A stretch of DNA of 64,000 nucleotides, taken from the IMG/VR virus record IMGVR_UViG_3300011008_002712. The stretch is one strand, 5' to 3'. The stretch is from a virus (taxonomy: Duplodnaviria; Caudoviricetes). Below are positions 28,839 to 38,609 of this stretch, piece by piece. The notes under the pieces are model-generated. The model was given only the letters and a program-made list of their open reading frames with translations. It made no database searches and was not told where the DNA came from. Numbering within the stretch: the first letter of the stretch is position 1; every line of letters starts with the position of its first letter. The position numbers were made by a program, and so were the translations under genes.

Positions 28839-31066
28839 TCCACTGTTTTTACTTCACTTCCAATACTTTCCCACATTTCGTTTGTCGCGTCATTTTCAGA
28901 AGTTACCATATCAAAGTAATCGTCTACTTCCCATACTTTATCCCATACAAATTCTTTTCCTAATGGCATTATATTACCATCATCATCGACTTCCCATGAA
29001 TCATTATCTATGATCGTTCCTTCTCCCACAGGAACAAGTCCGTCATCGGTTGTTTCCCAGCTGTCATTACTTAGATCGCCTTTGCATGGCATGAAATCTC
29101 CGTAAACATCTTTTTCCCAAACTACGTCATGTGCTCTAGCAGAAGTTGTTGGCATAAGATTTTCTTGTATATCATAATCCCATGTTTTATTTTCAATAGA
29201 TACAACATAATCAATGTTTGAATCTTCTGGCCTAAAAATTAATTTATTTTTTGCAACATAACCAACTTTTTTAATAACAAGATCTTCTTCATATGGACGT
29301 TCAAACCAAATTTCACCATCTTGTCCAACATAGCATCCACATCCATCATGTTCGTCTGTCGGTAATATATATATTCCGTATGTTAATACATTTATGTTAT
29401 TTTCACTATCTGGTTCGTTTAATGCTAACGCAAGGTTTTGGCAAAGAACTTCATTTCTGTTATCAGCCAATCTATAAGAACCGCTATTATAAGTAAGCAG
29501 TTGCATTGGAACACACGTTTGTTTCTTATATATTTTTGATGCATGAATCGTGTCAGTATCTAAACTTGCAACAATTCGTTTCATCTCATTTAATTCACTT
29601 AAGATATTTTCTATTTCTGGAGTTATGCCCGTAACTCCTTCACCAGATACTTCTTCTACCCAAATTTTACCGCCTGGAATATAAAATGAATCAGTAACAC
29701 TAATCTCATTAGCAGAAATAGACTTTGCTGTAATTCCACCAGATTTTACAGAAATATTTTCATCAATTCCAATTTTATCAGATTCAGAACTTGTTACGAT
29801 ATAACCATGTTTATCTGAATTATTGTTTAATACTACTTTTTCTGCTCTTCCATTAGAACCAATCGCATAATCGTGTGTATGTCTAGCTAATGCATTAGAA
29901 GTCACTAATTTATCACTATCTATTGTGCCGCCTGGAGTATCGTCAATTTCTCTTTCTGCAGCTTCATTTATTTTATATCCATTAATTGTTTTATTATTTA
30001 AATTTTGTTCTGATTCAACATCAGCAACTTCATTATATTGAGAATACAATTTCCCATTGCGTTCAAATACAGCGGCGTTTGAATATGTTCTTTGTCTAGT
30101 TCCTTGATTTAAAGTACCTATTAAAAGAATTTTTTCATCAGTATTGTCATTATTAATTGTTTTATTTAAAATATCAGCATCTATAGTGAGACTCATCTCT
30201 CTATTTGCTATTTTCGTAATCAATCCCGACTTAGATACTGTAAATTCTGGAACATAAAATACTTCTCCAGGTTTAATAATCTGATCTAAACCAGGGCCAT
30301 ATGTTCCTTCAGCAACGTTTCCATTAGGATTTGCTGAAATTGATGTATTAATTTTTACATCTTCTGAACCGTCAAAATTAACTGAACCTGAAATGTCTCC
30401 ATATAATGTAAAATTTAATTTATTTGTTAGTTTTTTTGCAGTTTTTGCTTCACCATCTAAATTTCCTTTAAATGTGGTAGCTTTCAATGTTGATTGATCT
30501 ACAGTAATTGAAGTATTGTATTTTAATTTATTTGTTGATATATTGTCAACGCCAACCAAACTCATTTCTGTTGCAAATACTTTTTGAGTTGCTACGGTTA
30601 ATGCATCTCCTGATTCTTTATCTGAAGCTGCATATTTATATTCCATATTATTAAACGATTCTTGCAAATCGTATATTCTTTGCAATAAATTATTAAATTT
30701 TTGTTGATCACTTTCATCATTTAACGTAACAGTGCCAGAAAGGTTTTCTAGTGAAGTTTGCAAATTTGTAAGAGATGCTCTTAATCCACTAAAATCGTTT
30801 AGATTGCTAACAACATGTGAATCAAAATTTGTTTTTAAATTATCTACAAAATTAGTTAATTCTTCTAAATTGTTCTTTAAATATAACGTTCTATTGCTAA
30901 GCTGTTCATGCGGAACATTACTGAATCCATGTTCTCCGCCATGAACATAATCTTCTTCTGTAATTTCATAAATCTTGTCAACCCATTCACTAACTTCATC
31001 AATGTATGAATTCGGAGTCAATAGATCATCAGATTTTACGGCCATGATATTTTCACCCCTTTTCAC
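28835..31066 (-). CDS. Tail fibre protein 2
   Basis: QLSNRTLYLK baseplate-anchor motif, L.GD.SGSV.FDGS, HTHDYA, YIPGGKIW, acidic WExD repeats. Confidence 0.8.
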   Translation of the reverse strand: MKRGENIMAVKSDDLLTPNSYIDEVSEWVDKIYEITEEDYVHGGEHGFSNVPHEQLSNRTLYLKNNLEELTNFVDNLKTNFDSHVVSNLNDFSGLRASLTNLQTSLENLSGTVTLNDESDQQKFNNLLQRIYDLQESFNNMEYKYAASDKESGDALTVATQKVFATEMSLVGVDNISTNKLKYNTSITVDQSTLKATTFKGNLDGEAKTAKKLTNKLNFTLYGDISGSVNFDGSEDVKINTSISANPNGNVAEGTYGPGLDQIIKPGEVFYVPEFTVSKSGLITKIANREMSLTIDADILNKTINNDNTDEKILLIGTLNQGTRQRTYSNAAVFERNGKLYSQYNEVADVESEQNLNNKTINGYKINEAAEREIDDTPGGTIDSDKLVTSNALARHTHDYAIGSNGRAEKVVLNNNSDKHGYIVTSSESDKIGIDENISVKSGGITAKSISANEISVTDSFYIPGGKIWVEEVSGEGVTGITPEIENILSELNEMKRIVASLDTDTIHASKIYKKQTCVPMQLLTYNSGSYRLADNRNEVLCQNLALALNEPDSENNINVLTYGIYILPTDEHDGCGCYVGQDGEIWFERPYEEDLVIKKVGYVAKNKLIFRPEDSNIDYVVSIENKTWDYDIQENLMPTTSARAHDVVWEKDVYGDFMPCKGDLSNDSWETTDDGLVPVGEGTIIDNDSWEVDDDGNIMPLGKEFVWDKVWEVDDYFDMVTSENDATNEMWESIGSEVKTVE

Positions 31067-31886
31067 ATATCGGTTGTTGCAAAAGATAATAATTATAAGA
31101 TGTATTTTCTTTTTTCAAATAGTTATTTTTTGCAAAGTTGATATATTTCATTTGCTCTGCATATTGCCCAATTTTATTTATGACGTGCTTATTTTCATCA
31201 TACAAATAATATTCATCTGTTAAAATCAATCTTTTATAATCTCCAGATGTTTCTTTTAATTGCTCTACTTCATATCCAATAATAATAAAATTTTTTACCA
31301 TTTCATTGCTATAATTTAACGATTTAAATGAATCATTAAATGAAATCAAATAATTTTTTTCAGGAACAAATTTTACTAACATCGAACGAGATAATAAATT
31401 ATCTTTTTTATAAATTTTATCTGACAAACCATTGTAAGTTGTTGTCCAGGTTGTATCGTTATATGTTAATGATACATTTAATCCAGTAATAAACATTTTT
31501 GTCAGTCCAGATAATGTCATTGGAGCTTTAAATAAAACTCCATTTTCTTTCAATTTAACATGAAACTCGCCAAACATTCCAATGAGTAATTTATATAATG
31601 TTTGATACGAAGTCAACGGAATAAATAAATTGCCTCCTGGAAAATACTTATTGACAACATTAATTGGCAAAGAAGTGCATATCTGATATTTATTATTCTC
31701 AATTAATGCTCTGAGCGATGAATCATATTCGTCACTTAATCTATCTAATGGAACATAATAAGTATTTCCATCAATATTTAAAGATAGGCATTTGTTTGCG
31801 ACAAAATGATTTTTTGACGAATATGCTATACATGATATATATTTATTGATTTTTTCATTATATATATGAACAATCATATTAATCAC
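31053..31886 (-). CDS. Tail-fibre partner protein, paralogue of 27975..28838
   Basis: Motifs shared with 27975..28838; lies directly downstream of fibre 1. Confidence 0.65.
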   Translation of the reverse strand: MINMIVHIYNEKINKYISCIAYSSKNHFVANKCLSLNIDGNTYYVPLDRLSDEYDSSLRALIENNKYQICTSLPINVVNKYFPGGNLFIPLTSYQTLYKLLIGMFGEFHVKLKENGVLFKAPMTLSGLTKMFITGLNVSLTYNDTTWTTTYNGLSDKIYKKDNLLSRSMLVKFVPEKNYLISFNDSFKSLNYSNEMVKNFIIIGYEVEQLKETSGDYKRLILTDEYYLYDENKHVINKIGQYAEQMKYINFAKNNYLKKENTSYNYYLLQQPICEKG

Positions 31887-34020
31887 CAGAACTTATAGAT
31901 TCTATCGCTGGAGTTATATTGCCATTTTCATCAAATTTCCACGTATTATTTTCTCTGCCTTCTTCAGAAGGAGTAAAATCATCTAATTCATCGTGTTCCC
32001 ACATTGAATCATATGAATATTTTTCCTTTAATGTAAGATTTCCAAATTCATCAGTCTCAAAAGTTGTTAATAAATTTTCGTCTTCATCAAATGACATTGG
32101 CATTATTGATGATGTATCTAAAACTTCCCAATAATCGTTGGATGTGCAATATTGCGCTGGCATTACATCGCCTTCATCATCAACTTCCCACATATTGTCA
32201 GTTTCAACATCATCTTTAGGCATAAGATTGCGCATATCGTCCATTTGCCAGACATAGTTTGAATTATCAGAATATATTCTGTTTAATGAACGTTCTAGAG
32301 AATCTAGTCTTTCAGCTGTAGATTCGTCTCCAGGATTAAATATTAAATAATTTCTTCTAACATAGCCAATTTTTCTTATTACTATATCATCATCCACTGG
32401 TTTGCCGTATATAATATCGCCTTGTTTTCCAACATATGCGTCTGCGCCATCGTAGTAATTTTCTCCAATGTTAAACGCGCCCAATGTCATAACAGACATA
32501 ACTTTATTTTCACTATTTTCAAGAGCAATAGCTAAATTTTTTGAAGAATTTTTAGATGAATTATCAGCAAGAACATACCCATCAGAATGGTATGATAATA
32601 GTTGACCTGCTTGGCATTCCATTTCTTCATTATGAAGCTTTTCAGTAGAAACTCTTTTAACATAATCATCTGGATTGAGAAAATCTCCTGGCAACAGATT
32701 TCCGCCAGAATCTTCACTTGGCTCAACATTTTCTATCCAAATTTTACCACCTGGAATATACATATTTTCCGTTGCCATTAATGTCTTGCTAATCAATGAA
32801 TCGTTAGTTATAGATACACTTGAAATGTATAATTTGTTGTTTTTATTAATGACAACTCTATAAGATTCATCCAATTCTGCTGGAGAAATTTCAATTGTTT
32901 CTGCTTCTCCAGATGGATTTTTTGAAGAAGCATAATTGTGAGTGTGACGAGCAACAGCATCGGACGTAATTAAACTATTACTTCCAACAGTTCCTCCAAC
33001 TGTTTTATCAACAGTATATTCTATTGCATCATTTGGAATATATCCATTGATTGTCTTATTCAACAAATCTTGTCTTTCGTTTAAAGTTACTACCTGATCA
33101 TTATTTGAATATAAATGATTTTCTTTTGCATAAACGCCAGATTGACTATATGTCGTTGCATATCTATTTTGAGAAGATGCACCAACAACATATATTTTTC
33201 TTGCATCTTGTGTAGCAGAAATAGAATTATTTGTTCCAAGATTTGATGGAAGTTGAACTACTCTGTTTTGAATACGAGTAATTATACCAGTAGCGTTAAC
33301 AGTTATAGATGGGACAATAATACTTCCATCTAACGGCAATGTATAATTTGACGCCTCACCATATTCTCCTGGAGAAACATTTTGTTCTTGTAAAGATGTT
33401 ATTATATTGATGTCATTGTTTCCAGAAAAATTAGCACTACCTCTCACATCTCCACTTAAAGAAATATTTGGAGAATGACTTAATGATTCAGCAGCTGCAG
33501 CTTCACCATCTAAATATCCATGAAATACATCTGCATATAAATCATTTTCTTCCATATATATTTGTGGATTTCTCTTTACGTTATTTATATGCGATTGATC
33601 GGTTCCAAGTAATGATAATTTATTTACTGGATCATCAACTATATTTACTTCAGCAGCTGGACCAGCAGGTTTAGAAGAACCAGCATAATTATGCGTATGA
33701 TTTTGCAAAAGCAATTCTAAATCAGATACGTCTTTCAATAATTTGTTTACTGCTTTTACAACATCGTCTGACGTGCTTATTGTAGAAGAAGATGCACCTT
33801 CTCCGATGACAGCTCTTATTTGATTAACTCTTTTTGTCAATTCTTCAATTTGAATATCAGTATCATCTTTCACGGAAGATAAATAATTGCTTAAATTATT
33901 TAAAGCATTATTCAAATATCTAGTTCTATTTGCCAATTGAAGATTAGCAACATCGTTATTGTCATCTACTCTAGATATTGCTGGTGAATAAATATTATCT
34001 TCTACTAAATATCCTGTCAT
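31879..34020 (-). CDS. Tail fibre protein 1
   Basis: QLANRTRYLN, two HTHNYA motifs, LSGDVRGSANFSG, YIPGGKIW, acidic WExD repeats. Confidence 0.8.
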   Translation of the reverse strand: MTGYLVEDNIYSPAISRVDDNNDVANLQLANRTRYLNNALNNLSNYLSSVKDDTDIQIEELTKRVNQIRAVIGEGASSSTISTSDDVVKAVNKLLKDVSDLELLLQNHTHNYAGSSKPAGPAAEVNIVDDPVNKLSLLGTDQSHINNVKRNPQIYMEENDLYADVFHGYLDGEAAAAESLSHSPNISLSGDVRGSANFSGNNDINIITSLQEQNVSPGEYGEASNYTLPLDGSIIVPSITVNATGIITRIQNRVVQLPSNLGTNNSISATQDARKIYVVGASSQNRYATTYSQSGVYAKENHLYSNNDQVVTLNERQDLLNKTINGYIPNDAIEYTVDKTVGGTVGSNSLITSDAVARHTHNYASSKNPSGEAETIEISPAELDESYRVVINKNNKLYISSVSITNDSLISKTLMATENMYIPGGKIWIENVEPSEDSGGNLLPGDFLNPDDYVKRVSTEKLHNEEMECQAGQLLSYHSDGYVLADNSSKNSSKNLAIALENSENKVMSVMTLGAFNIGENYYDGADAYVGKQGDIIYGKPVDDDIVIRKIGYVRRNYLIFNPGDESTAERLDSLERSLNRIYSDNSNYVWQMDDMRNLMPKDDVETDNMWEVDDEGDVMPAQYCTSNDYWEVLDTSSIMPMSFDEDENLLTTFETDEFGNLTLKEKYSYDSMWEHDELDDFTPSEEGRENNTWKFDENGNITPAIESISSGD

Positions 34021-35990
34021 TAAGTCTCACCTGCCTTTTTATCAAAATTTTCTTCTAAATCTCCTTTCTCATAAGGATTTATTTTAACATTCATATAATA
34101 ATATCTTTCAGGAGCATATTTGTGTTTTCCATCATGACGTATTTTTTTATTATATGAATATTCGTTTTTAATAATCAATTTTTCGTCATATGTAAAATTA
34201 TTTGTATGTTTATCAATTATTTTGTGTGCTTTAATAGAAATATTATCTAAAAACGCACAAGTCCAATCTATTTTAGAATGTTTCATGACTTCCCATCTAA
34301 TTAAAGCATAATCTTGATTCATATATGTTTGCTCAAAATGATACCAATTAGATGAACTATTTTTTACTTTATGTCCAAGCTTAAAATCATAAAACATATT
34401 TAATCTATCTTTTGATGTTTTTGCTAAAAATTTATAATCATATTTTAATGTAAAACATTCTGGAATATCATTTTCATGTATCAATAATACTCCAACATCA
34501 TGATAATTTAAATGATCACATACCCACACTGTATCTCTATTAAACTGAAATCTTATTTCTTCTTTATTAAACAAATCGTATCTATAAAAATCTTTATGCA
34601 AATGCCATAAATTTATATCATAAAAATCTGATGGCGATTTATAAAATTTTTCATCTTCATAGTATGGACCAATTAAAGATATGTTTTGATATTCTATCCT
34701 AATATCTTCATCACAAAAATCATATGTAGGAAAAATAGCAAATACCCACGATGAATTGCTTGCTAAATTTTCTATATCTATAACATATTCTTCCACGCTA
34801 TTATATGGCTCAAATGTTATAATTTTATATGTATCATCAACATCTGTAATATATTTATCATCCTGTTTAAAATACAATTTTAATTCTTTTATATTGTTCG
34901 GCCACTGAAGATTAAAAGATATATGCATTTTTCTTTTTCCAGGCTCAAATTTCAAATTATATATATCATCTTTATAAAAAGGTTTATATTGAATAATTTT
35001 TACATCTGAATTTTTATTCCAAAAATATTTATCTGGATAATCTTTGTGATCATTATCTTTATCTTGTTTAAATTTTTTAGAACGAATATATGGTTTTAAA
35101 AAATATTGTCTTTCATCTGGAAAGAAAAAACGATTGTCTTTATCAAAGTATAGATCTTCGTGCCAATATGAAATAGATGGAACGTGATCATGATTAACTT
35201 TAAAAATTACTTTTCCAAAATTATCATCATTTATATCATACTTTGCATATAAATAATCTATTGTTTTAAAGTCATTATCATTATTTTCTAAATATCTATG
35301 TATTCTATATTCAAAGTTTATATCTTTTGGAGTATGATCTAGAACTGGAATATAAACATCTATACAATCTATCATCAGAACCTCATCTAGAAGCCCAATA
35401 TATTGAATCATATATGTATATATTCTTCCATCATCTAAATCATTGTCGTAAAGTTCTAGTGACTTAGTTTCAGCTAATAATTCAAAATCTGAAATATCAT
35501 TTTTTTTATATATCTTAAAATAATGATCGAAATCAAATTTTATGTCTTTCCAAGATAATGTTTTTGTATCTAAATTGTAAGTCAAGTTTGAAGAGAGATC
35601 TGATTGAAATTTTGTATCATATATGTCATGTTTTCTGCTTCCGCAATTCTTGCACCATCTTCCAAAAATTAATGTTGGAGACATTGCGTTATAAGTATTG
35701 TATACTACAGATTCTTCTCCAATCTTATGCAAAGCCTTTTTATATATATCATCATTATAACTTAAATATTGACCAAGCAATTTATATTTTGTTTTTAAAT
35801 TATTACTTTCTAAAACGTTATTCAAATGATAACCATTTACCAGCAACGATTCTAACCTTTTAATTCCTTCTTGGTCTGAAAATGATTTAAGGTTATTGAA
35901 TTGCTCATCTAGTACCTTGCATATTTCACAATTTGGATTTGATTCGTATTTATTTTTACTAATTTCTAATACGTGTTTTGACAATTTCAT
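34020..35990 (-). CDS. Putative baseplate/tail protein with beta-sandwich (FN3-like) segments
   Basis: LSWK..YFKIYK..DNDLDDGRIYTY FN3-like motif; upstream of and coupled to fibre 1. Confidence 0.55.
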   Translation of the reverse strand: MKLSKHVLEISKNKYESNPNCEICKVLDEQFNNLKSFSDQEGIKRLESLLVNGYHLNNVLESNNLKTKYKLLGQYLSYNDDIYKKALHKIGEESVVYNTYNAMSPTLIFGRWCKNCGSRKHDIYDTKFQSDLSSNLTYNLDTKTLSWKDIKFDFDHYFKIYKKNDISDFELLAETKSLELYDNDLDDGRIYTYMIQYIGLLDEVLMIDCIDVYIPVLDHTPKDINFEYRIHRYLENNDNDFKTIDYLYAKYDINDDNFGKVIFKVNHDHVPSISYWHEDLYFDKDNRFFFPDERQYFLKPYIRSKKFKQDKDNDHKDYPDKYFWNKNSDVKIIQYKPFYKDDIYNLKFEPGKRKMHISFNLQWPNNIKELKLYFKQDDKYITDVDDTYKIITFEPYNSVEEYVIDIENLASNSSWVFAIFPTYDFCDEDIRIEYQNISLIGPYYEDEKFYKSPSDFYDINLWHLHKDFYRYDLFNKEEIRFQFNRDTVWVCDHLNYHDVGVLLIHENDIPECFTLKYDYKFLAKTSKDRLNMFYDFKLGHKVKNSSSNWYHFEQTYMNQDYALIRWEVMKHSKIDWTCAFLDNISIKAHKIIDKHTNNFTYDEKLIIKNEYSYNKKIRHDGKHKYAPERYYYMNVKINPYEKGDLEENFDKKAGET

Positions 35991-36184
35991 TTCCTCCCTT
36001 CTATAAACAAATAAATTAGAAAGAAAAAAAAAGACTACACTGCATAATGCAAATACATAAAAAATTTGTAATGCATAGAGAAGATTTTTAACAATAATTG
36101 AAATTTTTCAGCTCATTAGTTTATTTTTTTATAGAGCGACATATTTATGCATAAAATTATATATACTTAAGGAGCGATCGCTAA

Positions 36185-36874
36185 ATGAGTTACAAATTAT
36201 TTGTAGATTCAAATGGCGTCGTATATAACGGCGCTGGCAATCAGGTTTCTGCGAGTTGGTCTAGTTTATCTGACACTCAAAAAGAAACGTTATTTTTAAA
36301 TTCTGGAAGTACAGATACTTCTTTTTCTGGACTGTCTAGCCTTGGAACGGTAAAATGTTATACATATTCTACATTTTCAGAAGCTACTCACACGTGTTCT
36401 TTAGATGTTGTTCCGTATGATCAGACAGTTCTTCCACATGGACTAATTGATTTAAGTTCTTATACAGCACTTAAATCTGTCAATATAGTATATTCATTAA
36501 GTGGTTCTGGAGCTGTAAAAATTGCAGTAACTCCAGATTTAACAAATTATTACGTATTTAATACGTCAACTAACACATGGGAAACTATTAATATTTCAAA
36601 TCTTAACAGTAATGGTATGAATGTATCACAAATTTCAAGCATTGGTGACTGGTCTATATTTGATGAAGCAAAAAAAATAGGATTTGCTTATGGACTGTCA
36701 ATTGATAGTATAAACGATACATGTAAAGTAGATAGATTAGATATTACAGTTGACGCAAACGGAAGCTGGGCAAAAGCAACAGAAAGTCAAGCAACATATA
36801 AATATCAAGGTAATACAACATTGGTCGTAAGTCTTATGGCTAATGGTGACTATAAAATCAATTATCAATCATAA
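36185..36874 (+). CDS. Ser/Thr-rich beta protein, lone plus-strand gene (possible virion accessory domain)
   Basis: AAGGAG RBS, 229 aa, followed by a bidirectional terminator. Confidence 0.75.
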   Translation: MSYKLFVDSNGVVYNGAGNQVSASWSSLSDTQKETLFLNSGSTDTSFSGLSSLGTVKCYTYSTFSEATHTCSLDVVPYDQTVLPHGLIDLSSYTALKSVNIVYSLSGSGAVKIAVTPDLTNYYVFNTSTNTWETINISNLNSNGMNVSQISSIGDWSIFDEAKKIGFAYGLSIDSINDTCKVDRLDITVDANGSWAKATESQATYKYQGNTTLVVSLMANGDYKINYQS

Positions 36875-36878
36875 AAAT

Positions 36879-36908
36879 AAGTAGTTGGTAAAAATTTACC
36901 AACTACTT
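36879..36908. terminator. Bidirectional terminator
   Basis: AAGTAGTTGGTAAA..TTTACCAACTACTT between convergent genes. Confidence 0.8.
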
Positions 36909-37200
36909 ATTTGATATATACATCTATTTGATTTTTTCTAAAAAAGTCAGTATATTCCATGTTGCTGTATCGTTCTTTTATTTTGTATTCTATGTCACAT
37001 ATAGTATTTTGATTTAATACACACCATAACGATTCATATAAAACGTCTTGTGCTATATCAAAAATCCAACAAATGTTGGAATAATCCTTGTCGCTGACTT
37101 CATTAACTTCTAAAGTCAAAGTTGATTTATCACTAATCAAAAAAATGTCAAAATTATATACATCAAAGTTTTTCATATCTTTAACTATCATTTTTATCAT
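36907..37200 (-). CDS. hypothetical protein, last gene of the rSAM operon
   Basis: 97 aa, 5 nt downstream of the preceding gene. Confidence 0.65.
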   Translation of the reverse strand: MIKMIVKDMKNFDVYNFDIFLISDKSTLTLEVNEVSDKDYSNICWIFDIAQDVLYESLWCVLNQNTICDIEYKIKERYSNMEYTDFFRKNQIDVYIK

Positions 37201-37205
37201 AACTA

Positions 37206-37634
37206 CTAATGGTGAGACATATAAAAAATATGCTCCATTTTTTTAAACGCACCTCCCCTATCCATTAATTGATCAAATCTTCCATTTTCTGAATAAAATT
37301 CACATGTTTGATATAGTTGTTTGTTTAATGTTCTAGCTGAAACCAATTCACTAGCGTATTTTCTGCTAATTTTTTTCAATTCATTTCTTGTTAGATTGCG
37401 CCCATCTTGGATTTCATAAAAAATGTCATACATAAGTTCGTCTATTAAAGATTCTTGAGAGATTTTTCTTGATTCTGTTTTTAATGTTTTAAGTAATTCT
37501 TCTGCATACGGTTTTACATCTTCACTCAACCATTCAGTAAGTTCATCTTGCGTTAATTCACTAATATCATTTTCTAACGCCAATACATAGCTTGATGAAG
37601 ATGAATTTGTAACGAAGTCATTTCTTATTTTCAT
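37206..37634 (-). CDS. FVTNSSSSS-motif protein 4
   Basis: MKIRNDFVTNSSSSSYVL...SHH. Confidence 0.85.
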   Translation of the reverse strand: MKIRNDFVTNSSSSSYVLALENDISELTQDELTEWLSEDVKPYAEELLKTLKTESRKISQESLIDELMYDIFYEIQDGRNLTRNELKKISRKYASELVSARTLNKQLYQTCEFYSENGRFDQLMDRGGAFKKMEHIFYMSHH

Positions 37635-37636
37635 TT

Positions 37637-38107
37637 TTAATGTCCTTCTACCAAAATAATGTTAGAATCTTTAGTATGTTCTCTTATTTCTTCTTGATAT
37701 TCACAATAAGGAATAAACACAATTGAATTCCCGCCATTTACTTCATTTTTTATTTTTTTGAATAGTTTATTATCGAAAAATAGTGATATGTCATAGCAAT
37801 CGATAAAAATTTCGCGCTGCATCAAAAGAAATAATTTTATTTGTGCGTAATTCATCTTTAAAGAATCAAGAAAACATACAAACTCAGAATAATCTTCAAG
37901 TTCATATGGTTCGGCATCATAAAACATGTTATAAATGTAATTTATATAGTCGCTTTGTGAAATTATTTTATCTTTATTTTTATTTACATATACATCAAAA
38001 CGATTCCTGTGAATAGAATCAAGAAAAACATTTATTTCTTCATCATTAAATGATAAAACATAGCTAGACGACGATGAATTTGTCACAAAATCATTTCTAA
38101 TTTTCAT
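37637..38107 (-). CDS. FVTNSSSSS-motif protein 3
   Basis: MKIRNDFVTNSSSSSYVL...EGH; GAGG RBS. Confidence 0.85.
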   Translation of the reverse strand: MKIRNDFVTNSSSSSYVLSFNDEEINVFLDSIHRNRFDVYVNKNKDKIISQSDYINYIYNMFYDAEPYELEDYSEFVCFLDSLKMNYAQIKLFLLMQREIFIDCYDISLFFDNKLFKKIKNEVNGGNSIVFIPYCEYQEEIREHTKDSNIILVEGH

Positions 38108-38129
38108 ATCGCTACCTCTTAAATCTATT

Positions 38130-38570
38130 CTAGTAATTATTTTCTTCTAAGATAACTCCACTATGTTTAGATATTGCATATCTAACATCGGGATTGTAAT
38201 TATTGTCAACAGTGATACTATAAACAAATTTATCATTATTTAATTGTTCTTTAATTTTTTCATAACTCGAATAACTGATGTTATCAGAGATTATCGTAAT
38301 ATCACCGCTTAGAAGTAACAAAAACATCATTTGTTGCCTTGTCATTTTTAATTCTTTTGCAAATTTAATGGAATCCAAATCACTATTGTTATTGACAAAC
38401 TCTTCAAATGTTTCCCAATCATGTTCTATATTATAGATAAAATCGAAATAATCTTCTATTGATCTAAGTTCAACATGATGAAAATCAAATGTATCATCTA
38501 TTGGGTCATCAAAAGCAACTATAAACGATGAACTAGATGAATTAGTTATAAAATCTGAGCGTAATTTCAT
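38130..38570 (-). CDS. FITNSSSSS-motif protein 2
   Basis: MKLRSDFITNSSSSSFIV; GGAGGA RBS. Confidence 0.85.
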   Translation of the reverse strand: MKLRSDFITNSSSSSFIVAFDDPIDDTFDFHHVELRSIEDYFDFIYNIEHDWETFEEFVNNNSDLDSIKFAKELKMTRQQMMFLLLLSGDITIISDNISYSSYEKIKEQLNNDKFVYSITVDNNYNPDVRYAISKHSGVILEENNY

Positions 38571-38609
38571 TTTAATAAAATCCTCCGATTTAAAAATTTT
38601 ATTATGAAA

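Noticed and set aside
27975-34020. Diversity-generating retroelement or invertible tail-fibre cassette
   Set aside because: No reverse transcriptase, invertase, TR/VR pair or flanking inverted sites; the paralogues are anciently diverged.
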